64,000 nt of DNA from Coraliomargaritaceae bacterium (GTDB lineage: Bacteria; Verrucomicrobiota; Verrucomicrobiia; Opitutales; Coraliomargaritaceae), in assembly GCA_965656495.1 (NCBI GenBank), contig CBFHKU010000004.1, positions 1 through 64,000 on the forward strand. The letters are read 5' to 3'. Each line of letters starts with the position of its first letter. The stretch's first letter is position 1. Positions 51,361 through 60,252 of this stretch are shown one piece after another. The position numbers and the translations under genes were made by a program. The notes beneath the pieces were generated by a model. The model did no database searches. It was not told where the DNA came from and worked only from the letters and a program-made list of their open reading frames with translations.

Positions 51361-52212
51361 ATGAATCCTCTACTGATTCTGGGAGCGGCGGGGGCGGCAT
51401 GCCTCTATGCCACCGGTTCACTGCAAATCAAACGCGGCCTCAACAATGGTGCCAGCCTGCGGCGCACCGTTGCCACCACCAATGTTTTCATGGCGCTTTG
51501 GTCCCTGCCGCTTTTCTTTGTCGCGCGTGGCGATTTTGAGCTCGTCTCCTGGCTCACTGCCATGCTCGCCGGGGTCGCCCTTTTTCTGGGACGCATCCTC
51601 TCCGTCAAAGCCCTTGAAGTAGGTGACCTCTCGATCGTGGGCCCCCTCCTCGGTCTCAAAACCCTCCTCGTCGCGATTTTCTCCTTCGCCACCGGTCAGG
51701 CCGAACTCAACACCTGGCTCTGGACCGCCGCCATAACCGCCACCCTCGGCGTCATTCTCATTCAACGCGGTCCCCGCAAGCTCTCCACGAATCGACGCCA
51801 GGCCGCCGCCTACGCCGCCGGGGCAAGCATCCTTTTCGCAGGCTGTGATATCCTCGTCGTTGAAGCGCGTTCCCAACTCGGTATCGGCTGGCTCTCTCCG
51901 ACCCTTTTTATTACCCTTGCGCTCCTTGTTCCCTGCCTCGGTAAACTCACCCCGCCTGCCCCGGAGGCGCGCAAACCGATGTATCTCGGTTCCGTCATCA
52001 TGGGATTCCAAACGACCTTCGTTATCTTCCTCATCGGCCTCACCGGACAGGCCGTCATGATTAATATTATCTACGCTTCCCGCGCTATCTGGACCGTTGT
52101 TATTGACCGTTTCTATGGACGCGGCGAAGACGTTGCGGCCTTCTTCGTCTGGCGACTCCTCGGTGCCGCCCTGCTGGTCTTCTCGATTATACTGGTTATT
52201 TTTCTCCGCTAG
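51361..52212 (+). CDS. EamA/DMT-family transporter
   Basis: 283 aa, about 10 TM in two repeats; ALEVGDLSIVGPL motif. Confidence 0.8.
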   Translation: MNPLLILGAAGAACLYATGSLQIKRGLNNGASLRRTVATTNVFMALWSLPLFFVARGDFELVSWLTAMLAGVALFLGRILSVKALEVGDLSIVGPLLGLKTLLVAIFSFATGQAELNTWLWTAAITATLGVILIQRGPRKLSTNRRQAAAYAAGASILFAGCDILVVEARSQLGIGWLSPTLFITLALLVPCLGKLTPPAPEARKPMYLGSVIMGFQTTFVIFLIGLTGQAVMINIIYASRAIWTVVIDRFYGRGEDVAAFFVWRLLGAALLVFSIILVIFLR

Positions 52213-53005
52213 ATAAAATTGCGCGGTTCAGCTTCCCTGAAACAAATCCCTCCGCATCGAATTCAACCTCGCGGAAACCCAAGCCCTGAATCGCCGCCGT
52301 CAATTTTTCCCGCTGCGTCTCTAATTGATCCAAGGCATCTGCCTCCACTTCCACCCGCGCGGTCTCGCCATAATGGCGCACGCGGTTGATGCGAAAACCC
52401 GCTTCAGTCAACAGCGCCTCCGCCGCCTCAATCTGACGCAATTTCTCAATCGTTATACGTTCACCATAGGGCACCCGTGAGGATAAACATGGACTCGCGG
52501 GCTTATCCCAGCAAACCAAATTAAAGTGTTCCGCCAGTGCCCGCACCCCCGCTTTGTCCACCCCGCAATCCACCAAAGGCGAGCGCACCTTAAATTCCTC
52601 CGCCGCCGCCAAGCCGGGCCGGTAATCCCCCGTATCATCCGTGTTGGTTCCGTTCAAAACCCACCAGTCCGGATAATCCCCCGCCAACCCAAGCATTTCA
52701 TCGTAAAGGGTGTGCTTGCAAAAATAACAACGGTTGGTCGGATTCTCGAAATAATTGGGGTTCTCCATTTCGGCAGTCGCAATCACCCGGAGCGGCAAAT
52801 CCATCCCGCCCGCAAAATTTTTTGCGGCTTCCAGATCCGACAATTTTAAACTCGGAGACGCCGAGATCACCGCAAGGACGCGCTCCTTTCCCAAAAAATG
52901 CCGCGCCAAATACGCTACCAGCGAACTGTCCACCCCACCGGAAAAAGCCACCAAGGCACCGGGACATTGCCCATACCAAGCCTTGAGTGCTTCCAGCGCT
53001 TTCAT
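52196..53005 (-). CDS. larE: NPN cofactor sulfur transferase LarE (PP-loop)
   Basis: AFSGGVDS, NRCYFCK, GTNTDD..DYRPG, KPASPCLSSR. Confidence 0.93.
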   Translation of the reverse strand: MKALEALKAWYGQCPGALVAFSGGVDSSLVAYLARHFLGKERVLAVISASPSLKLSDLEAAKNFAGGMDLPLRVIATAEMENPNYFENPTNRCYFCKHTLYDEMLGLAGDYPDWWVLNGTNTDDTGDYRPGLAAAEEFKVRSPLVDCGVDKAGVRALAEHFNLVCWDKPASPCLSSRVPYGERITIEKLRQIEAAEALLTEAGFRINRVRHYGETARVEVEADALDQLETQREKLTAAIQGLGFREVEFDAEGFVSGKLNRAILSSGEK

Positions 53006-53077
53006 GTTGTTTTGCTAAGACCCATTAACCAATCTGTCAACTTGCCCTCACCACCCTTTTAATTAAAAAGAACCCCT

Positions 53078-54301
53078 ATGCGTATTTTGCACTACCATTG
53101 CCCCGCCGGAATCAGCGGCGATATGAATCTCGCTGCAATGGTGGCGCTCGGCGTAGACCCCGCCGCCCTCGAAGCCGAACTGCGCAAACTCCCCTATACC
53201 GGTTGGTCGCTCCAATTCGAAACCACTCAACGCGGCGGCATCAGCGGCCTCAGCTGCAAGGTCATCCTCGATCACGATCACGACCACCAGCACAGTCACG
53301 ACTACGAATCCGGGCACTCCCATCACCGTACCTATCGCGAAATTCGCGAGGCCATCGAATCCAGCGCCCTCGCGGCGCCCATCCAAAAGGATGCCCTCGC
53401 CTGCTTTGGCGCCCTCGCGGAAGCGGAGGCGGCCGTGCATGGCATTGAACCGGAAGCGGTGCACTTCCATGAAGTCGGGGCCCTCGATTCCATTATCGAT
53501 ATCGTAGGTGCCGCCATCGCCTGGCATTTGCTCGGCATCGACCGCATTGCCTGCTCCACCCTCGAGGTCGGGGGAGGCACCGTAAAATGCGCCCACGGCG
53601 TCATGCCGGTCCCCGCGCCCGCCACCGCTCGACTCCTCGAAGGCGTCCCCTTCACATCCGGAGCCACCGACCAGGAATGCACCACCCCGACCGGTGCCAC
53701 CCTCCTCATCGGCAAAGCCTGCGCCTTCGGAACCCGCCTGCAAGGCACCCAAGTCAAAACCGCCATCGCGACCGGACACCGCGACGACCCCAATCTCCCC
53801 AACGCCCTCTACCTCTCCCTCTTTGAAACAGCCGGGGAAAGCCCCGCCCTCGAATCCACTGAAACGATCTGGGAACTCGCCGCCAACATCGATGACATGA
53901 CCGCAGAGGCCATCGCATTTCTCTGCGAGACGATCCTGGAGGCGGGCGCAGTGGATTGTTGGCAAAGCCCCGCCACCTTCAAAAAGGGCCGCCTCGGTTC
54001 CATTGTCCACGCCCTTGTCGCCGCCGAACAAATCCAATCGGTCGAAGCCTGCTTCTTTAAACATAGCCGGACCCTTGGCGTGCGCCGCAAACCCTGGGAA
54101 CGTTCCATCCTTCAACGCGAAATCCAATCCCTCGAAACCCCCTTCGGTTCGGTCCGCGTTAAAACCGCACAAGGTCCCGATGGTTCGACCCACCGGAAAA
54201 TCGAATACGAGGACTGCGCCCGTATCGCCCGCGAGCAAAAAGAATCCCTCGAATGGGTCCACGCCCAAATCGATCCCCTCCTTGACGAACCTCAATCCTA
54301 A
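53078..54301 (+). CDS. larC: NPN cofactor nickel insertase LarC (single fused ORF)
   Basis: GISGDM, His-rich linker, AEA.VHG, VHFHEVGALDSIIDIVG, HGVMPVPAPAT, TTPTGA, NIDD, KKGR, EYED. Confidence 0.95.
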   Translation: MRILHYHCPAGISGDMNLAAMVALGVDPAALEAELRKLPYTGWSLQFETTQRGGISGLSCKVILDHDHDHQHSHDYESGHSHHRTYREIREAIESSALAAPIQKDALACFGALAEAEAAVHGIEPEAVHFHEVGALDSIIDIVGAAIAWHLLGIDRIACSTLEVGGGTVKCAHGVMPVPAPATARLLEGVPFTSGATDQECTTPTGATLLIGKACAFGTRLQGTQVKTAIATGHRDDPNLPNALYLSLFETAGESPALESTETIWELAANIDDMTAEAIAFLCETILEAGAVDCWQSPATFKKGRLGSIVHALVAAEQIQSVEACFFKHSRTLGVRRKPWERSILQREIQSLETPFGSVRVKTAQGPDGSTHRKIEYEDCARIAREQKESLEWVHAQIDPLLDEPQS

Positions 54302-54304
54302 GCC

Positions 54305-55036
54305 ATGAAAGCACGCGAAATCCTCGAACAAGTCCAACGCGGCGAACTCGACCTCGACGCCGCCCTCGCCGAATTGCAGGGCTTTGAAGATCTCGGCCAC
54401 AGCCGCGTCGACCTCGCCCGCGAGCAACGCAACGGGGCCCCCGAGGTGATCTACGGTGAAGGAAAAACCGCCGACCAAATCCGTGAAATCATGCAAAGCA
54501 TGGCAAAGCGGGAACAGAATACCCTCGTGACCCGCCTCGATCCCGCCAGCGCTGAGGCGCTGCGCCAAACCTTTCCGGATGCCAACTATTGCCCGCAGGC
54601 ACGAATCCTCACGCGCCTCCATTCCGCCCCGGCGCCCGCCGCTACAAAAATCGCCCTCGTCTGCGCCGGTACCTCCGACCTGCCCGTTGCCGAGGAAGCA
54701 CGCCTCACCGCCGAATTTTACGGCAACCCCGTTGAAACAATCTACGACGCCGGAGTCGCTGGTCTCCATCGCCTCCTTGCCAGCGTTGATACGATCCGGG
54801 CCTGCCGCGTCGTCATCGTGGTGGCGGGCATGGAAGGCGCCCTCCCCAGCGTGGTGGGCGGACTCGTGGATGCCCCCGTTATCGCAGTCCCCACCAGCGT
54901 CGGTTACGGCTCCAGTTTTGAAGGCCTCTCCGCCCTCCTCGGGATGCTCAATTCCTGCGCGAGCGGACTGAGCGTTGTCAATATCGACAACGGATTCGGC
55001 GCGGGCTTCCTCGCCAACCGTATCAATCGGCTTTAG
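54305..55036 (+). CDS. larB: NPN cofactor carboxylase/hydrolase LarB
   Basis: PEVIYGEGKT, AGTSDLPVAEEA, DAGVAGLHRL, AGMEGALPSVV, PTSVGYG, NSC, VVNIDNGFGA. Confidence 0.96.
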   Translation: MKAREILEQVQRGELDLDAALAELQGFEDLGHSRVDLAREQRNGAPEVIYGEGKTADQIREIMQSMAKREQNTLVTRLDPASAEALRQTFPDANYCPQARILTRLHSAPAPAATKIALVCAGTSDLPVAEEARLTAEFYGNPVETIYDAGVAGLHRLLASVDTIRACRVVIVVAGMEGALPSVVGGLVDAPVIAVPTSVGYGSSFEGLSALLGMLNSCASGLSVVNIDNGFGAGFLANRINRL

Positions 55037-56037
55037 GCATTGTGCTGCCTGCGGTGACAGCAGTCCGCCTCGTAGTGTTTCGCGCCGTGCTGCAGCGCAG
55101 CGTAGTCCGGTGAATCCGGCGCATCATTCACCGCAAAGCGCGCGCGTTCCTCGGCCTTGAAGGGTTGCGCCGCACAACCGGCTACCGCCTGATCGACGTA
55201 TTCTACCTTGTCTGCTCCGACCACGTGACAGCAGACCTGCGGATAACTCAAAGAATACTGCAAGACTTCCTGGGCATTGGTCGTTTCGTGCAGATGGGTG
55301 CGACGGCTCCCGCCAAATCCCTTCATGCCCAAGACCGCGATTTCATGCTTTTCACACAAGGGCATGATTTCGTTTTCAAAAGCGCGGGATTGCAAAGCAC
55401 CCACCACCGAGACCGGCATCAGCGTCGCGTCCCATTGATAACCCCCCTCAATAATATCGCGATGAACCTTGGGATCGGTGTGACCCGTAAACCCGGTGTA
55501 GCGAATCTTGCCCTGCTGCTTCGCCAACTCCAGCGCTTCGATCGCGCCCTCTTTGCGATAAGCATCATGGGCATCGTCCTTGCTCACATGATGCAGCATC
55601 CATAGATCCAAGTGATCCGTCTTCAGGCGGCGCAGGGAATCCTCCAGCATCCGCATTGCACCCGCCACATCCGGGGTGTAATGATCACTGTGGTAATTGC
55701 AAAATTTCGTCATCAGGAAGATCTCGTCCCGCCTCCCCTTCAACGCTTCACCCATGTATTCCTCAGCTTTCCCGCCATGGTAATCCCAGGCATTCTCAAA
55801 GAAATTCACCCCCAGATCCAGCGCGCGGTGCGCGATCGCATTGGCCTCTTTTTGCGAGCCCGCCATATACAGCGTGTGCCCTCCGAAACCCACCACCGTC
55901 AACATGTCGGCGTGGCGGCCAAATTTCCGCTTCGGAATCACCACCTTAGCGGCGGCTTCCGCCCAGGCCGTGCTGCTCTTTAAAGCCGCAGCCGATCCAA
56001 GTGAAAATTTGAGGAAGTTGCGACGTGAAAGACTCAT
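55033..56037 (-). CDS. Tat-exported aldo/keto-reductase-fold protein
   Basis: Start ATG 56037, MSLSRRNFLK (twin-arginine) ...AWA; GFGGH, FFENAWDY, LMTK, SLRRLKTDHLDLWMLH, GFTGH. Confidence 0.9.
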   Translation of the reverse strand: MSLSRRNFLKFSLGSAAALKSSTAWAEAAAKVVIPKRKFGRHADMLTVVGFGGHTLYMAGSQKEANAIAHRALDLGVNFFENAWDYHGGKAEEYMGEALKGRRDEIFLMTKFCNYHSDHYTPDVAGAMRMLEDSLRRLKTDHLDLWMLHHVSKDDAHDAYRKEGAIEALELAKQQGKIRYTGFTGHTDPKVHRDIIEGGYQWDATLMPVSVVGALQSRAFENEIMPLCEKHEIAVLGMKGFGGSRRTHLHETTNAQEVLQYSLSYPQVCCHVVGADKVEYVDQAVAGCAAQPFKAEERARFAVNDAPDSPDYAALQHGAKHYEADCCHRRQHNA

Positions 56038-56203
56038 GACTTTTGGGGTGTTGACTGAAATGCTGCGTGTTGCCGATATTAACAACTTGAGAATGTCCAA
56101 AACATAGCTTGGAACCATCCGATTTCAAGCATGGATGCTCCAAATACCCCATGTCTGGAATCCAAACCGACCGCGACCCCGGAAGCGCATCCGAGCCAAG
56201 CCT

Positions 56204-56875
56204 TTAAGGTTGCACGAAGACAAACAAAGTCTTTTCCCCGACTACCATACCCGAGGAATTCAACGCCCTGACCACCACTTTTTCCCGCATTCCCGCACCG
56301 TAAGCGACCGGTTCCACCATCAACACATACTGCCCCGACTTTTGTGAATCGGGCGCGGCCTTTACCTGCAAAACCTCCCCATTGAAGCCCAGCGCACCCA
56401 GCTTCACCGCATGATCGGGATGCAACTGTACCCGCACCTCCCGTGGCCCCACCGCCCCGCGCTTCCAATAAAGGATTTCCGGCTGCAACTGCATCGCCTC
56501 CACAATATTCACCGCTAATTTCAAATACGCCACCGGTTCCGGCATCCCCTCGAGAAAAACCCGCAGCACACTCTCATTCCGCCCCTGCCGTTTACCCTTC
56601 TCGAAAACCGCCGCCACAACCGTCGATTCCCCCGCAGCCAGCACCCGCTTCGCCGGCAAAGCAGCCGTGCAACCACAACTGCTCTCCACCCGATTAAACC
56701 GCAACTCCGCAGCGCCCGTGTTCCTGACGCGGTATTCCACCCGCACCTCCGCATCCCCCGGCCCCATTTCCACTTCCGTCTCAGTCCGTTCCCATTCCAA
56801 TTCCACTTCTGGCGCAGCCGATGCCAGACCCGCAAGAACTAGGACCATCAAAAGCATCCATCCATACCGCTTCAA
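56204..56875 (-). CDS. DUF1573-domain secreted protein
   Basis: Signal peptide; NTG..L....VESSCGCT motif. Confidence 0.85.
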   Translation of the reverse strand: MKRYGWMLLMVLVLAGLASAAPEVELEWERTETEVEMGPGDAEVRVEYRVRNTGAAELRFNRVESSCGCTAALPAKRVLAAGESTVVAAVFEKGKRQGRNESVLRVFLEGMPEPVAYLKLAVNIVEAMQLQPEILYWKRGAVGPREVRVQLHPDHAVKLGALGFNGEVLQVKAAPDSQKSGQYVLMVEPVAYGAGMREKVVVRALNSSGMVVGEKTLFVFVQP

Positions 56876-57312
56876 CGCTCCACCTCGCCTTCAATCCCCC
56901 GCTCACCATCCCAACAAATCAAAATCACCGCCCCCAGGAGCAACAGACCGTTCCGTACCAACAAAACCGCATAAGGCGCCATCAAACCCATCGATCCAAA
57001 ACATCCACAGTCAACCTCCAGACCCCGTAGCCACGCGCTCAGGTGCAGACCCATAAAGCACAACAAAAGCAGACCGATCACCCAGGCACTCCCCCGCCGC
57101 ACACCCGGAAACAAGAGACCCAGCCCCGCCCACAATTCCAGCCAGGGCAAACCCAACGCCACCCAGCGCGCCCAGTCCGCTCCCACCACCTGATAGGATT
57201 CCACCGCCGTTGCAAACGCCAGCGGATCGCGCAACTTCGATGCCGCCGCCCACACAAACGCCACCCCCAGCACCACCCGCAAAAGCAAGCCTATCCAAAA
57301 CCTCGGCTTCAT
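56872..57312 (-). CDS. MauE/DoxX-family redox-associated membrane protein
   Basis: R..LG..F..A...KL.DP..F, LPWLEL, DCGCFG, RN; start ATG 57312 (ATGA overlap). Confidence 0.88.
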   Translation of the reverse strand: MKPRFWIGLLLRVVLGVAFVWAAASKLRDPLAFATAVESYQVVGADWARWVALGLPWLELWAGLGLLFPGVRRGSAWVIGLLLLCFMGLHLSAWLRGLEVDCGCFGSMGLMAPYAVLLVRNGLLLLGAVILICWDGERGIEGEVER

Positions 57313-57740
57313 TCCTGCAAGGCCTCCCAGCCACCCTTCAACCAATAAACCTCCGCTCCCGTCACCGCTTCCCGCAAACGCATTGCCAATCGCTTACTCG
57401 ACCCACAGCCCGCCTCCGCGCAATACACCACCATCACCCTCGGTTCCTCCAGCCAAACCATCATCAATTCCATCACCCCCGTTCCCCAATTCGTTTCATT
57501 CAAATGAATCGCACCCGGTTCATGCCCCTCCGCATACTCAGCCGCAGTCCGCGCATCCACCCACAGCACCGCCTGCCCCCGCGCCGCCGACACTGAAATC
57601 TCCTCCTTGTCCACCCATTCACCCGCCGCCCACGGCACCGGTGACCAGCCCACTAAAACCGACAACACACTGCCCCCCAAAGTCAGTAGCAACAAGATCC
57701 AGCATTGGCGCACAATCAACATCCACCCAGCCTGAACCAT
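57309..57740 (-). CDS. Membrane-anchored rhodanese-like protein
   Basis: VDAR..EY..GH.PGAI, VVYCAEAGCGSS, LKGGWEA. Confidence 0.88.
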   Translation of the reverse strand: MVQAGWMLIVRQCWILLLLTLGGSVLSVLVGWSPVPWAAGEWVDKEEISVSAARGQAVLWVDARTAAEYAEGHEPGAIHLNETNWGTGVMELMMVWLEEPRVMVVYCAEAGCGSSKRLAMRLREAVTGAEVYWLKGGWEALQE

Positions 57741-57844
57741 TTAGCGCAAAAAACAAACCACGAATGAAACAAAAGAGGCGCACGTTGCAAGTTGTGGGTT
57801 GTTGGATCGGCACCGTGAAGGCTCAATGGACATCTTCTACTTTT

Positions 57845-58420
57845 CCGGCAGAGCCGGGAACCGCTTATCTTCGCTTATAAACACTAATATTTTTATCGTA
57901 TTGTTTTTAGCATTAGTGGATATAAGCGCCCATTAGCGGTCGCCAGCTAAGCTGGCCTCAGGGCAGATTGTAGGAAACTACGAATCACGCCGATCACGCG
58001 AATAAAGCATTGCCCGCGAAGGTACGCGAAGGGGAGCTGAAAGGTTAGGAAATGAAACCACGAACGACACGAAAAACACGAACCCGACTGAGCCGGGAAC
58101 CACTGATCTTCGCTTATAAACACCAATATTTTTATCGTATTGTTTTTAGCATTAGTGGATATAAGCACCCATTAGTGGTCGCCAGCTAAGCTGGCCTAAG
58201 GGCAGATTATAGGAAACTACGAATCACGCCGATCACGCGAATAAAGCATTGCCCGCGAAGAGGAGCAGGAAGGTTGGGAAATGGAACCACGAACGACACA
58301 AAAACCACGAACCCGGCAGAGCCGGGAACCGCTTATCTTTGCTTATAAACACTAATATTTTTGCTTTAAGGATAAGCGAAAATTAGCGCCCATTAGCGGT
58401 CGCCAGCTAAGCTGGCCTCA
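57845..58420. repeat. Tandem array of composite units of about 230-240 bp (2.5 copies) with internal palindromes
   Basis: Units start at 57845, 58084 and 58313 (CCG.C.GAGCCGGGAACC). Each has a long imperfect inverted repeat and the hairpin GCCAGC-TAA-GCTGGC. Confidence 0.92.
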
Positions 58421-58435
58421 GTGCAGCGCACCGGA

Positions 58436-58701
58436 AAACGTCCGACATCGAACCCCGAACGCTGAAGCGATTTAGTGGTGGGAAGGTATGAAGGTGGAAA
58501 AGTGGGAATGTTTGAAATATGCTGCATCACCACTCCGTGTACTCGCTGCCTCTGTGGTGAGTTCGATGTTCAGCGTTCGATGCTCAATGTTCAAAGTTCC
58601 CTAACCTTCCAACCACTAAATCCCTTCAACGTTCAATGTTCGATGTTCAATGTTCAAAGTTCCCTAACCTTCCCACTTTCCCACCTTCCCACTTTCCCAC
58701 C
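58436..58701. repeat. Interleaved inverted arms of heptamer and octamer short tandem repeats
   Basis: Heptamer arm AACGTCC-GACATCG-AACCCCG-AACGCTG faces (GTTCGAT/GTTCAAT)n at 58561-58662. Octamer arm GTGGGAAG..GTGGAAAA-GTGGGAA faces (TTCCCACT/TTCCCACC)n at 58670-58701. Confidence 0.85.
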
Positions 58702-58869
58702 CCTAAAACGGCATCACTGGTACACATGCTATTGCTTGGCGCGTGGGTTACTTTGATGCTGTGCCCACGGGGTGAGTTGATTTTTTGAAAAAAGGACTGA
58801 GCGTTTTCTTGAGGAGTGTGAAAGCCTTGGATTGACGCGGGGGTGTTTTGGGCGTTTAACACCCTTTTA

Positions 58870-59613
58870 ATGAGTGCCAGTGATTCCGAAAAACCCAAAC
58901 CGAAATATAAACGTATCGTTCTGAAGCTGAGCGGTGAAGTCCTGCGAAATACGGAGGACGGCGAACCGATCAGTCCGGCGATTTTGACGGAAATATGCAC
59001 GGAGGTTAAAAAGGTTTACGATATCGGGGTGCAGGTCGGTCTGGTGATCGGCGGTGGAAATATTTTCCGGGGCCTGAGTGGTTCGGAGTTGAAGGGGGTG
59101 GATCGCACCACCGGTGATTATATGGGGATGCTGGCGACCGTGATCAACGGCCTGGCGATCATGGATTGCCTCGAGAAAATGGGGGTGACGGTGCGTCTGC
59201 AGAGTGCGATCCCGATGGATAAACTGGCGGAACCTTTCATTGTGCGTCGTGCCACGCGGCATTTGGAACGCGGACGGGTCGTGATTTTCGCGGGGGGCAC
59301 CGGGAATCCGTATTTTTCAACCGACACCTGCGCGGCCTTGCGGGCGAGTGAAATCGGGGCGAATATGCTGATGAAAGCCACGAAGGTGGACGGCATATAC
59401 GACAAGGATCCGGCGAAGCACAAGGACGCGGTGAAATACGAAAGCCTGCGCTACATCGACGCGCTGCGCGAGCAGTTGAACGTAATGGATTCGACGGCCT
59501 TCTCGCTCTGCATGGAAAACAAGATGCCGGTCTTGGTCTTCAGTATGCGCGAACCCGGCTCGATTTACCGCGCCGTGATGGGCGAGTCGATCGGCACGCG
59601 GGTCGACGATTAG
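58870..59613 (+). CDS. pyrH: Uridylate kinase
   Basis: [36 protein letters not shown]; start ATG 58870. Confidence 0.97.
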   Translation: MSASDSEKPKPKYKRIVLKLSGEVLRNTEDGEPISPAILTEICTEVKKVYDIGVQVGLVIGGGNIFRGLSGSELKGVDRTTGDYMGMLATVINGLAIMDCLEKMGVTVRLQSAIPMDKLAEPFIVRRATRHLERGRVVIFAGGTGNPYFSTDTCAALRASEIGANMLMKATKVDGIYDKDPAKHKDAVKYESLRYIDALREQLNVMDSTAFSLCMENKMPVLVFSMREPGSIYRAVMGESIGTRVDD

Positions 59614-59660
59614 GAATTTCCCAAACCCTACCCTTTTTAAATATTAACCGATAAGTAATC

Positions 59661-60218
59661 ATGGAACCCAAAGAAATCCTCGCCGCACTCAAAGCCGATC
59701 TGGAAAAGGCCATCGAGTATACCTTAAGTCAATTTGGCAGCCTCCACACCGGCAAGGCCAGTCCGGCGATGCTGGACAGTGTGAAGGTGGACGCCTACGG
59801 GAGCACGGTCTCGCTGAAGGAAGTGGCGGCCGTCACGACCCCCGACGCCCGCACTATCATGGTGCAACCCTGGGACAAGAGCGTGGTGCGCGAGGTCGAA
59901 AAAGGGATCATCGATGCGAACCTCGGATTCAATCCGCTGGTGGACGGCGGCATCCTGCGGGTACCGGTACCGGAATTGACCGGTGAGCGCCGCGCAAACC
60001 TCGCCAAGCAGGCGGGCGGGATGGCGGAAGACGGCCGCGTGCGGGTCCGGCAGGCGCGTCGCGACGCCCTCGACCTCCTGAAAGCCGCCAAAGAGGACGG
60101 TCTCTCGGAGGATGATGTGAAACGCCACGAGAAGGACATCCAAAACGAGCACGACGCGTTCATTGCCAAAATCAATGAACAATTGGCGAAGAAGGAGGCG
60201 GATTTAAAATCGGTCTAA
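59661..60218 (+). CDS. frr: Ribosome recycling factor
   Basis: HTGKASP, QPWDKS, LGFNP, PELTGERR; follows pyrH. Confidence 0.96.
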   Translation: MEPKEILAALKADLEKAIEYTLSQFGSLHTGKASPAMLDSVKVDAYGSTVSLKEVAAVTTPDARTIMVQPWDKSVVREVEKGIIDANLGFNPLVDGGILRVPVPELTGERRANLAKQAGGMAEDGRVRVRQARRDALDLLKAAKEDGLSEDDVKRHEKDIQNEHDAFIAKINEQLAKKEADLKSV

Positions 60219-60252
60219 GGCGGGTCACGCCATTGGCATTGGCATAGTTATT

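Noticed and set aside
53063..54769. 568-aa antisense ORF over larC/larB, and similar long ORFs at 19096-20448, 21234-23045, 60271-61404 and 61957-63189
   Set aside because: Shadow ORFs opposite well-supported genes, expected from GC-rich codon bias; no recognisable motifs.
57947..58756. Short ORFs inside repeat arrays (57947-58168, 58475-58756; also 61640-61956)
   Set aside because: Translations merely mirror the repeat periodicity (FNVQCSMFNVQ, LIRFYSW); no evidence of coding.
57845..58800. oriC
   Set aside because: Skew polarity fits, but the best DnaA-box-like match I found (AGTGGATAT) has two mismatches and no dnaA, dnaN or gidA is nearby. Kept only as a skew observation.
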